From Eledone cirrhosa (Eukaryota), in the NCBI GenBank assembly GCA_964016885.1, contig OZ024740.1:289354001-289418000 (forward strand): DNA of 64,000 nt, in the 5' to 3' direction. Made by a program: the position numbers and the translations under genes. Under the pieces are notes generated by a model. The model saw nothing but the letters and a program-made list of their open reading frames with translations, had not been told where the DNA came from and searched no databases. Positions 13,794 to 26,690 of this stretch are shown piece after piece (position 1 is the stretch's first letter; every line of letters starts with the position of its first letter).

Positions 13794-14239
13794 TAACAGT
13801 TATTCTGCGTGGAGATTTTTAAAATTATGCTATGAATTCTAAAGCACTCGTGTTTCAACTCAGTCTTCGAGAAGACTTTGTTTATATTTTTATTACAGCT
13901 ATGATAGCTTTTTATTTTAGACGGATACCATAGCCTGAGGTTCGTTGGCTATTTCTTTCCTTCTTTTTTCCACTCCTCTCTTCTTTCTTCCTTTCTCTCT
14001 CTGCCCCAATGGCTGATTTCTACCGACACGGCACACGGCCATCATAAACGTAATTCTCTGAGAGATTCAGCCTGAGACACTGTGTGAAAAGAATGGCCCT
14101 TTGATTTGCAGGTAAAACTCATTTTGTCAGCTGAGTGGACTGGGACAACGTGAAATAAAATGTTTTGCTCAAAGACACATCACGCCGCCCAGTCTGGAAA
14201 TTAAACTCATGACCTTACAAAGCAAGAATACAATCTTGG

Positions 14240-14655
14240 CAGTACTCTCGTGATTTCTCAAAGACTTACTGCAGTGTGAATATTTGGTCTCCTGTGTTGC
14301 GTTCGGGGCGAAAATCACACTGTTCATCAGGTAGCTAGTACTCGAAAACCTCTTTGCAAGACACTTAGTATAGACTTTTCCGGGGAGATGCCTCTATAAT
14401 TGGAGTAATCTCTCTTGTCCCCCTTTTGGAAAATTGGGATTACCCCTCCCGATTACCATTACTTAGGTGTCTTTCCACAGAACCACATGAGTCAGTCAGA
14501 GAATGTCTTCTCCTGAAAGCAGGAATAGAGGAGGGCTTCTTATTACAAAGTTCGCGGAAGGTCTGCCAGAATACTTTATTTGCTGATCTAAAGTCGGATT
14601 CCAGTTTAACTCCAAAGTCTTTTCGAGCCTGCTTGTATTGCAAGTGCAAGAAGCA
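14240..14655 (-). pseudogene. Decayed RTE-type LINE fragment
   Basis: Minus ORF FGVKLESDFRSANKVFWQTFR resembles the RTE EN-RT linker. Confidence 0.5.
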
Positions 14656-14659
14656 GCAC

Positions 14660-14733
14660 TTTGTGAAATTATAAAACCAGAAGAACATACATACATGATG
14701 GCTGCCTCTCGTTATCGAGTATGGCCATTGCAT
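14660..14733. mobile_element. Tail-to-tail junction: R4 family A 3' tip (+), CATA, RTE 3' tip (-)
   Basis: gtgaaattataaaaccagaagaac matches 25016-25039; gatggctgcc.ctcgttatcgagtatggccattgc matches 16119-16154. Confidence 0.8.
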
Positions 14734-14774
14734 GATATACCATTATTAATAATTATTAATTAATTCCATCTAAA

Positions 14775-14965
14775 AGGCGGTGGCTCGGCAGTATCGGTAG
14801 AGGGTCGGACGCCATGCTTTGACGCATAGAGTTACGGCCCTTGCCATTCTGAGTTCAAATCCCGCCGAGGTTAACTTTGCCTTTCATCCTTATGGGGTCG
14901 ATAAAATAAAGTACCAGTAATACACTGGGTGATTGCTGGCCTTGTGCCAAAAGTAGAAACAATTA
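14775..14965 (+). mobile_element. SINE family A
   Basis: Consensus match. Confidence 0.85.
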
Positions 14966-14977
14966 ATTAATTCTATC

Positions 14978-15143
14978 GCACAATGCCTGTGCGTGAAGAT
15001 TTTTTTAAAGTCAGGAAAGACTGTGCACTGAGCCAATCCCACTATCTGAGCGACAGTAGCTATAATCCGAAAAGAAGAAAAGATCAACATCATCGGTAAC
15101 TACTGAGCCGCAGGTTTTATGTCGGAGTTATCCCAGTTATCCA
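14978..15143 (-). mobile_element. RTE 5'-UTR-derived fragment
   Basis: Reverse complement of about 3785-3940. Confidence 0.7.
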
Positions 15144-15203
15144 TACGTACATACATACATACATACATACATACATACATACATACATACATACATACAT
15201 ACA

Positions 15204-15231
<28 letters not shown>

Positions 15232-15236
<5 letters not shown>

Positions 15237-15980
15237 GTTGATTGCAGACGTGACATTTGAACTGTCTGTCTCTTGGTGAAACCGGCTGGGGTGTGCCTTC
15301 ATGCATTGTACCATGTCTGGTCAGTCCAACCTCTGACTTGCAAATTAATCCAGACCCACTGCAAATGTACCGTGGAGTGTGTGGTGGTAGAACCCTCTCA
15401 CAGTTGGATCAATTTCTCTCCGGCTTGTGTGATTTCAGATGGTTGACAAAACCAGCTCTTGTTAGAAGAAATCGGCCTCATACTTTGAACTTTAATTTCT
15501 GCTGAATCTTTGCAGGCATTGCACTTGAGTCCCGCTAACAAAGTGAACGCTTCAAAACAGCATGCTCTACTCGCTTTTTCTGAAAGACATCACATCCATA
15601 TTTGATGATCTTTCTCCGTGATGTACGGCCTTCAGCTAGTCTCTCCCAGTTCTCCATATCAATCTTCAGAGCTTTAAGATTGTCTTTTATCACATCCTTA
15701 AACCGCTTCTTTGGTTTACGCTGTAGCCTTTTCCCTCTAATCAGCTCTCCATAAAATAACTGTTTAAGCTGCTTTCCATCTTCCATCCTGACCACATGAC
15801 CAGCCCAGCGCATCTGGTTCATAATAAACCTCCTCTTATTACTGGTGCTATCCGCTTTCTCAAGTACGGCAGCATCAGGTGTGTTAGAGGACCACTTGAT
15901 GTTCAGGATGTGTCGTATACAATGCTGATGAAACCTTTCCAGCTGTTTCACGTGATGCCTGTAAGTTGTCCACGCTTCGC
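15232..15980 (-). pseudogene. RTE LINE 3' fragment between (TATG)n arrays
   Basis: CEAWTTYR...LERFHQHCIRHIL...RWAGHVVRM...KQLFYGEL, then zinc-finger remnants. Confidence 0.9.
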
Positions 15981-16176
15981 ATACATACATAATTACATAC
16001 ATTCATACATACATACATACATACATACATACATACATACATACATACATGCATACATGCATACATACATACATACATACATACATACATACATACATGC
16101 ATACATACATACATACATGATGGCTGCCCCCTCGTTATCGAGTATGGCCATTGCACAATAAAAAAAAAAAAAAAAA

Positions 16177-16235
<59 letters not shown>

Positions 16236-16236
<1 letters not shown>

Positions 16237-19200
16237 TATGACTAGAACGTCATGTGACAGACTCTCACCCAACAGGTGCCCCCTGGCTCAGCAGCAGGAG
16301 CCTGACTGTCAACCAAATACTGCTGATGTTGGAGGAAGAAGAAGAAGGAAAGGGGCCAGAACCAACTGGACGAAAGAATTGAATAGAACTGTTATGCAAT
16401 GCTACCTGAAAAGTAACCCCAAGGAGAGGGGCTACAGGAGACGGATGCATAACATCTGGAACGAGATTGGTTTATTTAAATTAGATGAACAAAAATTGGC
16501 CGGGCAGGCTCGGGTAATAAGAACTAATGGGTGGATAAGCGAGCTGGAACTGGAGGAACTGAGCAGAGAGAATGGCTTGGAGATGGCGGGTGTAGTATGC
16601 CAGACAAGCGAGCCGGCGGGAAATGAAGGTGAGGAGGTCCTGAGAATGGAGGAACCACCCGAAGCAGACAATGATCTGAATACTGAGATAAATAATACCT
16701 GGAACAGAGATACGGCCACTGAGGAGATGAATGCTGACGGGCTAGGACAAGATTCGGTTGACATCCTAAATTTAGTGGTAGATGAGTTGAACAATGATAG
16801 TGGGAGACCTATGAACCTAAGATTTGTAGACAGGAAAAAGTTAAAAGAAACAACAGCTAAGGTAAACAAAGTCATCCCATACCTTGAGGCGAGGAGTCTT
16901 CACCAGTGCAACAATATCCTCAAAGCAACAGCAAATACGGTGAGGAAACTACTTGGTATAAAAGCGAGAGGAAACAACAGACAAGAAAGAGCAGAGCCGT
17001 GGTGGAAGAAGCGACTGAGTGGGCAAATCGAGGAAATGAGAAATGACATAGGAAAGCTTGAGTCACTACTGAATGGGACACTAAAAAACATAGGCACTAA
17101 AAATAGACTGGAAATAAAATACAAAACTAGGAGTAAAAAGCTAAATATTATCATAGAGGAATTGAAGCAACGCATTGTAGCAAAGAGTGCCAAAATCAGG
17201 CGATACGAGAACAGAGTCAGTCAGTATAAACAGAACCGCATGTTCGACAACAACCAGAAGATGCTGTTTGGACAGCTTGAGGGGAAAGAAAGAGGCAACG
17301 ACTTGATCCCTGGGGCGGAACAAGCTAAAACATTCTGGAGAGGAATATGGGAGCAGGATGTTAGACACAATGCCCAGGCAGGGTGGATTGAGACAGTACA
17401 GAGGGAGATCGGTGAGCAGGCACAGCAACAGACTGATTTGAGTATCACAGTTGAAACTCTTAAGGGGCAAGCCAAAAAACTAACCAACTGGAAATCACCA
17501 GGCCCAGATGGTGTGCAGGGGTATTGGATTAAACATTTAACATCCCTCCACCCGAAGCTGACGGCCATGTTCAATGACTGCTTGATGTCGGGTGAGGTGC
17601 CAGAGTGGTTGACAAAAGGTACCACAGTTCTGATAATGAAAGACCGAATCAAGGGTAATGATGTTACCAACTATAGACCTATCACATGTCTGCCCGTAAT
17701 GTGGAAACTGTTGACGAGCATTGTGTCTGAGGAAATCTACCATCACCTCCACACAAACAACTTGTTGCCGGACGAACAGAAAGGATGCCGAAAGAAGTCA
17801 CGTGGTACAAAGGACCAGTTGCTTATTGATAAGATGGTAATGGGGAATTGCAGGAGGAGACACACTGATCTTGCCATGGGATGGATAGACTACAGAAAGG
17901 CATTTGACATGGTGCCTCATTCCTGGATCACCAAAAGCCTGGAGATCTTCAGGGTGGCAGATAACATCAGACAGTTGCTGGGCAGGAGTATGGGGTCCTG
18001 GGAGACAGAGTTGACATCAACTGGAGTATCCTTGGGAAGCGTGAAGATCAAGAGAGGTATCTTCCAGGGAGATAGCCTGTCCCCTCTGTTGTTTGTCCTT
18101 GCCCTGATGCCCTTGACCATTATGCTGCGAAAAGTGAGAGCAGGATACAAGTTGGGAAGGGGAGAGCTTACCATCAATCACCTCCTCTTCATGGACGATC
18201 TTAAGCTCTTCGGGAAAAGTGAGAAGGAGTTGGATGTGCTTGTTGACACTGTCCGTATTTTCAGCAGTGATATATGTATGCAGTTTGGTATTGGTAAATG
18301 TGGAGTCATTGTGATGAGGAGGGGTAGGTTGAGCAGAAGTAACGGGATCCAGATACCAACAGGTGAGATGATAAAGGAAATTGACTCTGAGGAAGGATAC
18401 AAGTATTTGGGCGTTCTGGAGGCTGACGGCATAAAGAACAAAAAAATGAAGGAATTGTTAAGAACTGAATACATTCGGAGAGTAAGGAGCGTATTGAAGT
18501 CACATCTGAACAGCAGAAATGCCATAAGCGCAGTAAATTCCCGAGCTGTGTCTATTATTAGGTACAGTGCGGGAATTCTGAGATGGAATGTTGCTGAACA
18601 AAAAGAAATGGATAGGAAGACTAGGAAGCTATTGACTATCTACAACATGTTCCACAAGAGGAGTGATGTCGATAGACTCTACCTAAGGAGATCTGAGGGT
18701 GGAAGAGGTCTTATCAGCATAGAGGACTGTGTTCAGATGGAGAAAAACAACCTATACAAATACGTGACCTATAGTAAGGAGCCAATGCTCAGAGCTGTAC
18801 TGAAGGAGGGGACAGTAGGCCAGGGGATATCCAAGGAGGAAATAACATCAAGGAGGAAGAGCAGCCTTAAGGGAAAATCCCTTCATAGTACCTTCTTTGA
18901 GAAAACTGAATTTAGAGATCCACAGACATGGAACTGGTTGAGAAGAGGAGACCTCAAAAAGGCTACAGAAGGAATGCTAATGGCTGCGCAGGAGCAGGCC
19001 CTCAAAACGAAGTGGTTGAAGCACCATATCTACAAGGAGGAGGCTAGCCCACTGTGCAGGATCTGTGGAGAGAGAGAGGAGACTGTGGCTCACATTGTGT
19101 CCGAGTGTAAACACCTAGCCCAGACCCACTATAAGGGCTGGAGACACGATGTGATGGGCAGGGTGATCCACTGGCACCTGTGCAAAGTAAACAATCTACC

Positions 19201-19701
19201 ACATTCTGAGAAATGGTATGAGCATAGGCCAGAGGCGGTGATGGAGAACAGTCAGGTGAAGGTGCTGTGGGATTTTAGGATACAGACGGACAAAAAACTG
19301 GAACACAATAGACCTGACCTGGTGGTTGTGGACAAAGAAAAAAGATCGTGCCTGATTGTGGATGTGGCCTGCCCGTTCGACACGAGAGTGCAAGAGAAGG
19401 AGAGGGAGAAAATTAACCGATACCAGGACCTAAAGTGGGAGGTGAAAAGGATTTGGAACTGCCATGAAGTCAAAGTGATCCCGATTGTCATAGGCGCACT
19501 GGGGACTATCTCCAAAGGTTTCCAGGGATGGTTAAAGAAAATCGGCCCCTTCACGCTTTTTGGAACGCTTCAAAAGGCATGCTTGCTTGGAACGGCAAGA
19601 ACCCTCCGATACGTCCTGAATATCTGAGGCTGCAGGTAGTGGCTTGATATTCAATCCAACGGACTTTCCAGTTAACCAACATCAATGACTGAGATTCAAG
19701 G
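16236..19701 (+). mobile_element. Apparently intact R4/Dong-clade non-LTR retrotransposon in (TAA)n
   Basis: Single ORF with a 74-bp 3' UTR; (TAA)n on both sides (about 16178-16235 and 19702-19780). Confidence 0.93.
16238..19627 (+). CDS. RT + CCHC zinc finger + restriction-like endonuclease polyprotein (1129 aa from the first ATG)
   Basis: Uninterrupted ORF with KSPGPDG, YRPITCL, DYRKAFD, FQGDSLSP, LFMDD, CRICGEREETVAHIVSEC, RHD, RPDL...DVACP...K. The poly-K/I N-terminus in the ORF track is microsatellite read-through. Confidence 0.93.
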   Translation: MTRTSCDRLSPNRCPLAQQQEPDCQPNTADVGGRRRRKGARTNWTKELNRTVMQCYLKSNPKERGYRRRMHNIWNEIGLFKLDEQKLAGQARVIRTNGWISELELEELSRENGLEMAGVVCQTSEPAGNEGEEVLRMEEPPEADNDLNTEINNTWNRDTATEEMNADGLGQDSVDILNLVVDELNNDSGRPMNLRFVDRKKLKETTAKVNKVIPYLEARSLHQCNNILKATANTVRKLLGIKARGNNRQERAEPWWKKRLSGQIEEMRNDIGKLESLLNGTLKNIGTKNRLEIKYKTRSKKLNIIIEELKQRIVAKSAKIRRYENRVSQYKQNRMFDNNQKMLFGQLEGKERGNDLIPGAEQAKTFWRGIWEQDVRHNAQAGWIETVQREIGEQAQQQTDLSITVETLKGQAKKLTNWKSPGPDGVQGYWIKHLTSLHPKLTAMFNDCLMSGEVPEWLTKGTTVLIMKDRIKGNDVTNYRPITCLPVMWKLLTSIVSEEIYHHLHTNNLLPDEQKGCRKKSRGTKDQLLIDKMVMGNCRRRHTDLAMGWIDYRKAFDMVPHSWITKSLEIFRVADNIRQLLGRSMGSWETELTSTGVSLGSVKIKRGIFQGDSLSPLLFVLALMPLTIMLRKVRAGYKLGRGELTINHLLFMDDLKLFGKSEKELDVLVDTVRIFSSDICMQFGIGKCGVIVMRRGRLSRSNGIQIPTGEMIKEIDSEEGYKYLGVLEADGIKNKKMKELLRTEYIRRVRSVLKSHLNSRNAISAVNSRAVSIIRYSAGILRWNVAEQKEMDRKTRKLLTIYNMFHKRSDVDRLYLRRSEGGRGLISIEDCVQMEKNNLYKYVTYSKEPMLRAVLKEGTVGQGISKEEITSRRKSSLKGKSLHSTFFEKTEFRDPQTWNWLRRGDLKKATEGMLMAAQEQALKTKWLKHHIYKEEASPLCRICGEREETVAHIVSECKHLAQTHYKGWRHDVMGRVIHWHLCKVNNLPHSEKWYEHRPEAVMENSQVKVLWDFRIQTDKKLEHNRPDLVVVDKEKRSCLIVDVACPFDTRVQEKEREKINRYQDLKWEVKRIWNCHEVKVIPIVIGALGTISKGFQGWLKKIGPFTLFGTLQKACLLGTARTLRYVLNI

Positions 19702-19713
19702 AATAACAATAAC

Positions 19714-19744
<31 letters not shown>

Positions 19745-19823
19745 GCAATAATAATAATAACGACAACAACAATAATAATATACATATTCATATATATATA
19801 CACACACACGCACGCACATAAGC

Positions 19824-19863
<40 letters not shown>

Positions 19864-19871
19864 GATAGCAA

Positions 19872-22070
19872 CTAACAGTGCTGCGATCGAATGTGGCTTT
19901 TTAGCCCAGCCAATGATCCAAAATGTCTTGCACAGAGTCGGCAACCAAAACATTTACTGGGAATAGTCGGCTGTGGTTGGAGTTCGTGTACTTTTGCATG
20001 TCGCTTGAGTCCTCCTGCTGATTTACATTCTCTACCACATGTTTGGCAAGCATGATGAGTAGCATCTCCAACAGCAGCCTGGTAGTCAACCACTGGTCTT
20101 ACTTTATGACTGCGAAGATGACTTTCGAGTCCAGCTTTGCTTAGGCAGAGTCTCGCACAGACGCTGCATGTCAGAAACATAGGAGGACCCTCGCCGTCTG
20201 GAAGTGCAACAGCAATACCCTTCCTCACGTCCCGCTTTACTTTCTCGTGTGCGATTCGAGATGCCTCAAAGGCAACTTTTCCCTCATATACAGTCTTTCT
20301 CCATTTATTACGATCAGCAGCAATATTTTCCCATGTATCAGCAGAGATGTTAGCGTCTTTCAGAGAGGCCTTCAAGGAATCCTTATACCTCTTTTTTGGT
20401 TTATGTGGCGGTCGTTTTCCTTTAACCAACTCTCCATAGAAGAGTTGTTTTGGTATTCTAGAATCCTTCATCCTGGCAAGGTGACCACTCCAACGGAGTC
20501 GCTGCTTAAGCACAAGAGCTTCTATACTGTCACACATAGAGCTTTCCAAAATCTCGACATCACTGATGTGGTCCCTCCAGCGAACGCCATGTATCCGTCT
20601 GAGACACATCTGATGGAAACGCTCCAATTGCTTAAGGTGGCGTCGATATGTGACCCAGGTCTCGCAGGCATAAAGAAGACAAGAGAGTACACATGCCCTG
20701 TACACCTTTACCTTTGTCCTCCTGCATATGTCTCGCCGACCCCAGAGTCGCCTTTCTAGCTTTCCGAAAGCATCACTTGCTTTCCTAATCCTAAGTGAGA
20801 TTTCACTGTCAAGGTTGCCGTATCGATTGACAGTGCTTCCCAGGTAGACAAACTGATCAACCACTCCAAGTCGTTTGCCATACACATAGATGTTTGGTTC
20901 AGTGTACTGCCTACCAGGTGCAGGTTGGTACATGACGACGGTTTTCTTGAGACTGACAGTCAAACCCAGGGCAGTGCAAGCGTCAGAAAATACATTCAAA
21001 ATGTGCTGCATATCACTCTCTGTGTGCGCTACAAGATCGCAATCATCTGCATACAAGAGGTCTCTTATGACTGATGTAAATACTTTTGTCTTCGCAGCAA
21101 AGCGCCTGATGTTAAATATGCTGCCTGAGGTTCGATATCGGATGTAAACACCATGCTCGCAATTCCTGAATGCAATACAGAAAACCATTGCAAAGTATAT
21201 GGCAAACAGGGTCGGTGCTGGAATATCCCCCTGTTTCACTCCATTTTTTTACTGAGATAGGCTCCGACATGTTACCTCCGACATTAACCCAAGCCTTCAT
21301 GTCGTCATGGAAAGACCTAACTAAAGCAAGGAACTTATCAGGGCAACCAAGTTTCTGGAGAACCTTCCATAATGCATCTCTGTTGACAGTATCGAAAGCC
21401 TTTGTCAGATCGACAAAAACCTGATACAGATCCAAGCCCTGTTCAATGCACTTCTCCTGGAGCTGTCTAGCTGAGAAGATCATATCAGTAGTGCCGCGTC
21501 CAACACGAAAACCAGATTGACTTTCAGGAAGGACACAATCTGCAATGTGTGTCAGTAGACGGTCCAGAAGCACCCTACATAAAACTTTCCCCACGACAGA
21601 AAGCAATGATATACCTCTGTAGTTCCCACAATCATTCCTGTTACCCTTTCCCTTGTACAAGACCACCATTACTGCATCTCTCCAGTCCTCAGGCACGGAT
21701 TCATTAGCCCATATCCTTCCAAACAGAGAGTGAAGATGTTGCAGGAGTCTCTCACCACCATATTGTAGGAGCTCAGCATGTATGCCATCCATACCTGGAG
21801 ATCTTCCACTGTTCAGCTTCGAAATAGCCACTGCAACCTCCACAAGTGTCGGAGGCTCTGCGAGAGCTACTTTCACAGGACTTTCCGGAATGAGATTGAG
21901 GAAATCTTCACTGACGACAGACGGCTGATTCAAAAGATCATCAAAGTGCTCCCGCCACCTTCGTAGAATTCCCTGTGAGTCACGAAGAAGTTCTTTGCCA
22001 TCCCTGCTGCGAATCGGTGTCACCAGAGAAGAAGACGGTCCATAAACCTCACGCAAGAGACTGTACAACA
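19872..22070 (-). mobile_element. 5'-truncated RTE LINE; RT with one frameshift (~21245) and three C-terminal C2H2 fingers
   Basis: ORFs 21112-22206 and 19872-21239 give YRGISLLS, FVDLTKAFD, KQG, YADD; C-terminal fingers CSVC..H..H, CQTC..H...H, CRLC..H...H. Confidence 0.92.
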
Positions 22071-22710
22071 GCATACATACATGCATACATACATGCATAC
22101 ATACATGCATACATGCATACATACATGCATACATGCATACATACATACATACATACATACATACATACATACATACATACATGCATACATACATACATAC
22201 ATACATTCATACATACATACATACATACATACATACATACATACATACATACATACAAACATTCATACATACATACATACATACATACATGCATACATAC
22301 ATACATACATACATACATGCATACATGCATACATACATACATACATGCATACATTCATACATACATTCATACATACATACATACATACATACATACATAC
22401 ATACATACATACATACATACATGCATACATACATACATACATACATACATACATACATACATACATACATACATGCATACATTCATACATACATACATTC
22501 ATACATACATTCATACATACATACATACATGCATACATACATACATACATACATACATACATACATACATACATACATGCATACATTCATACATACATTC
22601 ATACATACATTCATACATACATACATACATACATACATACATACATACATGCATACATACATACATACATACATACATACATACATACATACATACATAC
22701 ATACATACAT
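22071..22710. repeat. (TACA)n array
   Basis: Direct reading. Confidence 0.95.
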
Positions 22711-25039
22711 GCCAGAACCTGATGTATAAGATGTATACAGCCTGCCTGAACCTATTCCTCCAAGATCACTGTGAAAATAATAACATCATCACAGATGAAC
22801 AAGCAGCTGGAAAGAAAAGGGTTTGGGGATGTGCTGAACAACTCCTAATCAACAAAACTGCGATGTCGGAGGTGCGACAACTTAGGAGGAATATGACTAC
22901 AGTCTGGCTGGACTACAAGAAAGCTTTCGATTCTGTTCCCCACTCTTGGATGATAGAGGCCCTCCAACTTGTTAAAGTCCCAGACATTATTGTCAGAGCC
23001 ATAGTGAGGCTGTCTTCTTCTTGGGCTACTATCCTAAGGTTAAAGTTAAAGACAGAAAGGGAGGACTCTATTTTCACTGATAAAATAAAATATTGCAGGG
23101 GTATATTTCAGGGGGACAGTCTCTCTGTGATATTGTTCATCTTGTCATTAAAACCCTTGTCCTTTCTGCTCAAGAAATGTGAGGGATACATCATTGGCTC
23201 ACAGGAGGACAGAAATACGAACCTAACCCATCATTTCTTTGTGGACGATCTGAAACTCTATGCCAAGAACATGGATGGGATGAAGAAAAATCTTGACCTG
23301 GTTACAACGTTCTCAAAGGATATAGGAATGGAGTTTGGCCAAGATAAATGCTCATACATGAATGTAAAGCGGGGGAAAAGCAACAACCCAATCTAGCAAC
23401 ATTGTCATCAATGGTCTAACTGTTTCACCGATATCTGATGAGGACTGCTACAGATGCCTGGGGATAGATGAGAATATATCCTATAATGGTATCTGTAATA
23501 AAGAACGCGTAACCAGGGAATACTACACCCGATTAAGAAAGATCTGGTCATCGGAACTCTCTGCGCAAAACAAAACAGTGGCTCACAATGTGTTTGCTGT
23601 GCCTGTCCTAACACCAACGTTTGGAATACTCAATTGGACGATAGACGAAATCCGAGCAGTTGATGTTGGAACTCGAAAAATACTAAACAACACCGGAAAC
23701 TTCCACACCAACAGTGACATAGACCGCCTTTACTTGAAACGTAAGCAGGGAGGCAGAGGCCTAACATCAGTCCAGACAACATTTGAATGTCGCATCATAT
23801 CTCTCCGACAACATCTACGAACCCCGAAGCGTAGGAGCCCGCTTCTCGAGCAAGTCTATCTGCATGAAACAGATAAGATCATGAGAGTTGGCAAGGAACT
23901 GCTTGAGAGATATTCCCTGTGTGATAATCAAAAACTCACACCCAGGGATGTCGCTCAGCAGTATCGCAGTGAATCCATGAATGAAAAACTGCATGCTTAT
24001 CAGCAAAAAATCATGCATGGATATGTTGCCAGGAAGCTCCGGAGTGAGAGTAATATAGATAAGGAAAGTAGTCTATCTTGAACCAACAACCGCTATATAG
24101 GCTCCCACTTTGAAGGATACGCTTTTGCAATCCAAGAACAGGAGATTAGCACGAAATACCTGATTCACAAAAGAGATAGGGCTGCAGGCAAAACACGTAG
24201 ATGTGATAACAAGTGCAGACTCTGCAGAACTAACATCGAGGATATCACCCATGTCATCAGCAGCTGCCAAAAGATGTCATCGCGGTACTATCTACCTATG
24301 AGGCATGATGTAGTGGCCAAAACACTGTACCATGCAGTTTGTAAAAAAGATAGCCCGATAATAAACACATTAAAAGCTACAACAATGTGGAAAACATCCA
24401 TGTACATAATATGAAAAAGTACTGGTGGAATGTTCCAGTAAAAACCCCAATAAAATTCAGGCATAACAGACCAGATATTATGATATGGGACAGGGAGAAG
24501 AAAACATGCACAGTAGTGGAAATTAGCTGCCCAGCAGATGCCAATATAATATCAAAGATTAGTGAAAAGGAGAATATTTATGCAGAACTGATGAGAAATC
24601 TGCAGATACTCCACCCTGATTACACCTTCAGATTTATGCCTGTGATTATTGGGGCACTGGGATATGTTAGTAACTGCCCCAATACAAATCTTGAGAAGCT
24701 AGGCTTCACAGGAACAGAAAGAACACAACTAGTTAGAAAATTACAAGTACAATCCATTAATGGAACAGTAAAAATATGTAAAACATTCCAAAAGTGTTGC
24801 ATCTAATAACTGCATATACACATGTACAGATACAAAGCATATACACATGCACACATACAAATCAAAACATCCACATCCACACACACAATAACATCCATAT
24901 CTACACATGCATGCATGCAGACATACATATCTACCTAGTTGATGTTGTGTAAATTCCAATGAGAGAGTCTTGTGTCTCTGTTAGAAACCAACTCTCTCTC
25001 TATTGGTAAAACTTTGTGAAATTATAAAACCAGAAGAAC
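22711..25039 (+). mobile_element. 5'-truncated R4-like TACA family A element
   Basis: DYKKAFD, FQGDSLS, FFVDDLKLY, CRLC...H...C, RHD, RPDI...EISCP; frameshifts and stops; (TACA)n on both sides. Confidence 0.92.
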
Positions 25040-25129
25040 ATACATACATACATACATACATACGTACATACATAATACATACATACATACATACATACAT
25101 ACATACATACATACATACATACATACATG

Positions 25130-25412
25130 CATGGTGGCTGCCAACTCGTTTTCGAGTACGGCCACTACTTTATAACCATGTAGGAGAACCCCTACCGATG
25201 CGCTGAACGAGTGTGACTTTTTAGTCCAGCAAGTGACTTGAAAACTCTGGTACAAACACTACACTTCTGACCATTATTGACACATAGTGCTGGGCCCATG
25301 GTACCATGTGACGTCAAGTGCAGAGAGATCTCCAGATATAAAGCAATGCCTGTGCCGTGAAGCTTTTATAGTGAGCAAAGGCACTGCACAAAGCCAGTCC
25401 CACTCTCTTAAC
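25130..25412 (-). mobile_element. RTE-derived short element, 3' half
   Basis: Reverse complement of 38435-38716. Confidence 0.85.
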
Positions 25413-25486
25413 CATACATACATACATACATACATACATTCATACATACATTCATACATACATTCAAACATACATTCATACATACA

Positions 25487-25620
25487 TAGCTGGCACCTTC
25501 AAAATTTGCAAAACATTCTTGCGATTCAAGGGATGACAATTTCTTTTCTTTTACAACCTTGCCACCAGGAAGGTGGCCGGTCAAAAAAAATATACTCGAA
25601 ATTAAGAGAAAGAGAAAACA
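25487..25620 (+). mobile_element. R4-like family B 3' tip in (TACA)n
   Basis: Reverse complement of 40438-40570. Confidence 0.85.
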
Positions 25621-26114
25621 TACATACATACATGCATACATACATACATACATACATACATACATACATACCTACATACATACATAAATATTGCAGTTGG
25701 CAATGGTTTGGCAATGCTCACATTGGGTTTAGTAGTAATGGTGGTGAATATGATGGGGGAGTTGTTGGCAAATATAGTGGCTACGTTAATTATGTTGTTT
25801 GTGCGAAAGGTAGTTGTGTTCGTGAATGTGGTAGCGGTAGTGTGAAAGATGGAAGGGAGGTGTAATATATAGTGGTGGTGTGGTGGTGTGGTGGTGTGGT
25901 GATGTGGTGATGACGCCCGCAGTTATTGTTGTGACATTATATATAAATCAAATTAGTATAATACGGTATTTTATGAATCAGGAAGCGGGAGTGATTCAAC
26001 TGATTCAGTTTGCGAAGGTGGATATGATTGACTGCCACATCAAGCCATTATAATTTACCATTGTAACGTCTCAGATCTATTACTCTGGTGACAAAAAAAA
26101 AAAAAAGGAAAGAA

Positions 26115-26690
26115 ACACCAACACTACCACAACCAACACTACCACCAACAGCACCACCAACACCACCACCAACACCACCACCAACATCACCACCAACACC
26201 ACCACCAACACCACCACCATCACCACCAACACCACCACCAACATCACCACCAACACCACCACCAACATCACCACCAACACCACCACCAACATCACCACCA
26301 ACACCACCACCAACATCACCACCAACACCACCACCAACATCACCACCAACACCACCACCACCAACATCACCACCAACATCACCACCAACACCACCACCAA
26401 CATCACCACCAACATCACCACCAACAGCACCACCAACACCACCACCAACACCACCACCAACATCACCACCAACATCACCACCAACACCACCACCAACACC
26501 ACCACCAACAGCACCACCAACACTACCACCACCAACACCACCACCAACACCACCACCAACACCACCAACACCACCACCACCAACATCACCACCAACACCA
26601 CCACCAACACCACCACCAACACCACCACCAACATCACCACCAACACCACCACCAACACCACCACCAACATCACCACCAACATCACCAATA
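26115..26690. repeat. Compound (CCA)n-based 12-mer repeat (ccaccaacatca / ccaccaacacca)
   Basis: Direct reading. Confidence 0.9.

Noticed and set aside
16151-16237. N-terminal poly-Lys/Ile 'signal peptide' of the 1158-aa ORF
   Set aside because: Read-through of poly-A and (TAA)n from a non-ATG start; the first ATG is at 16238.
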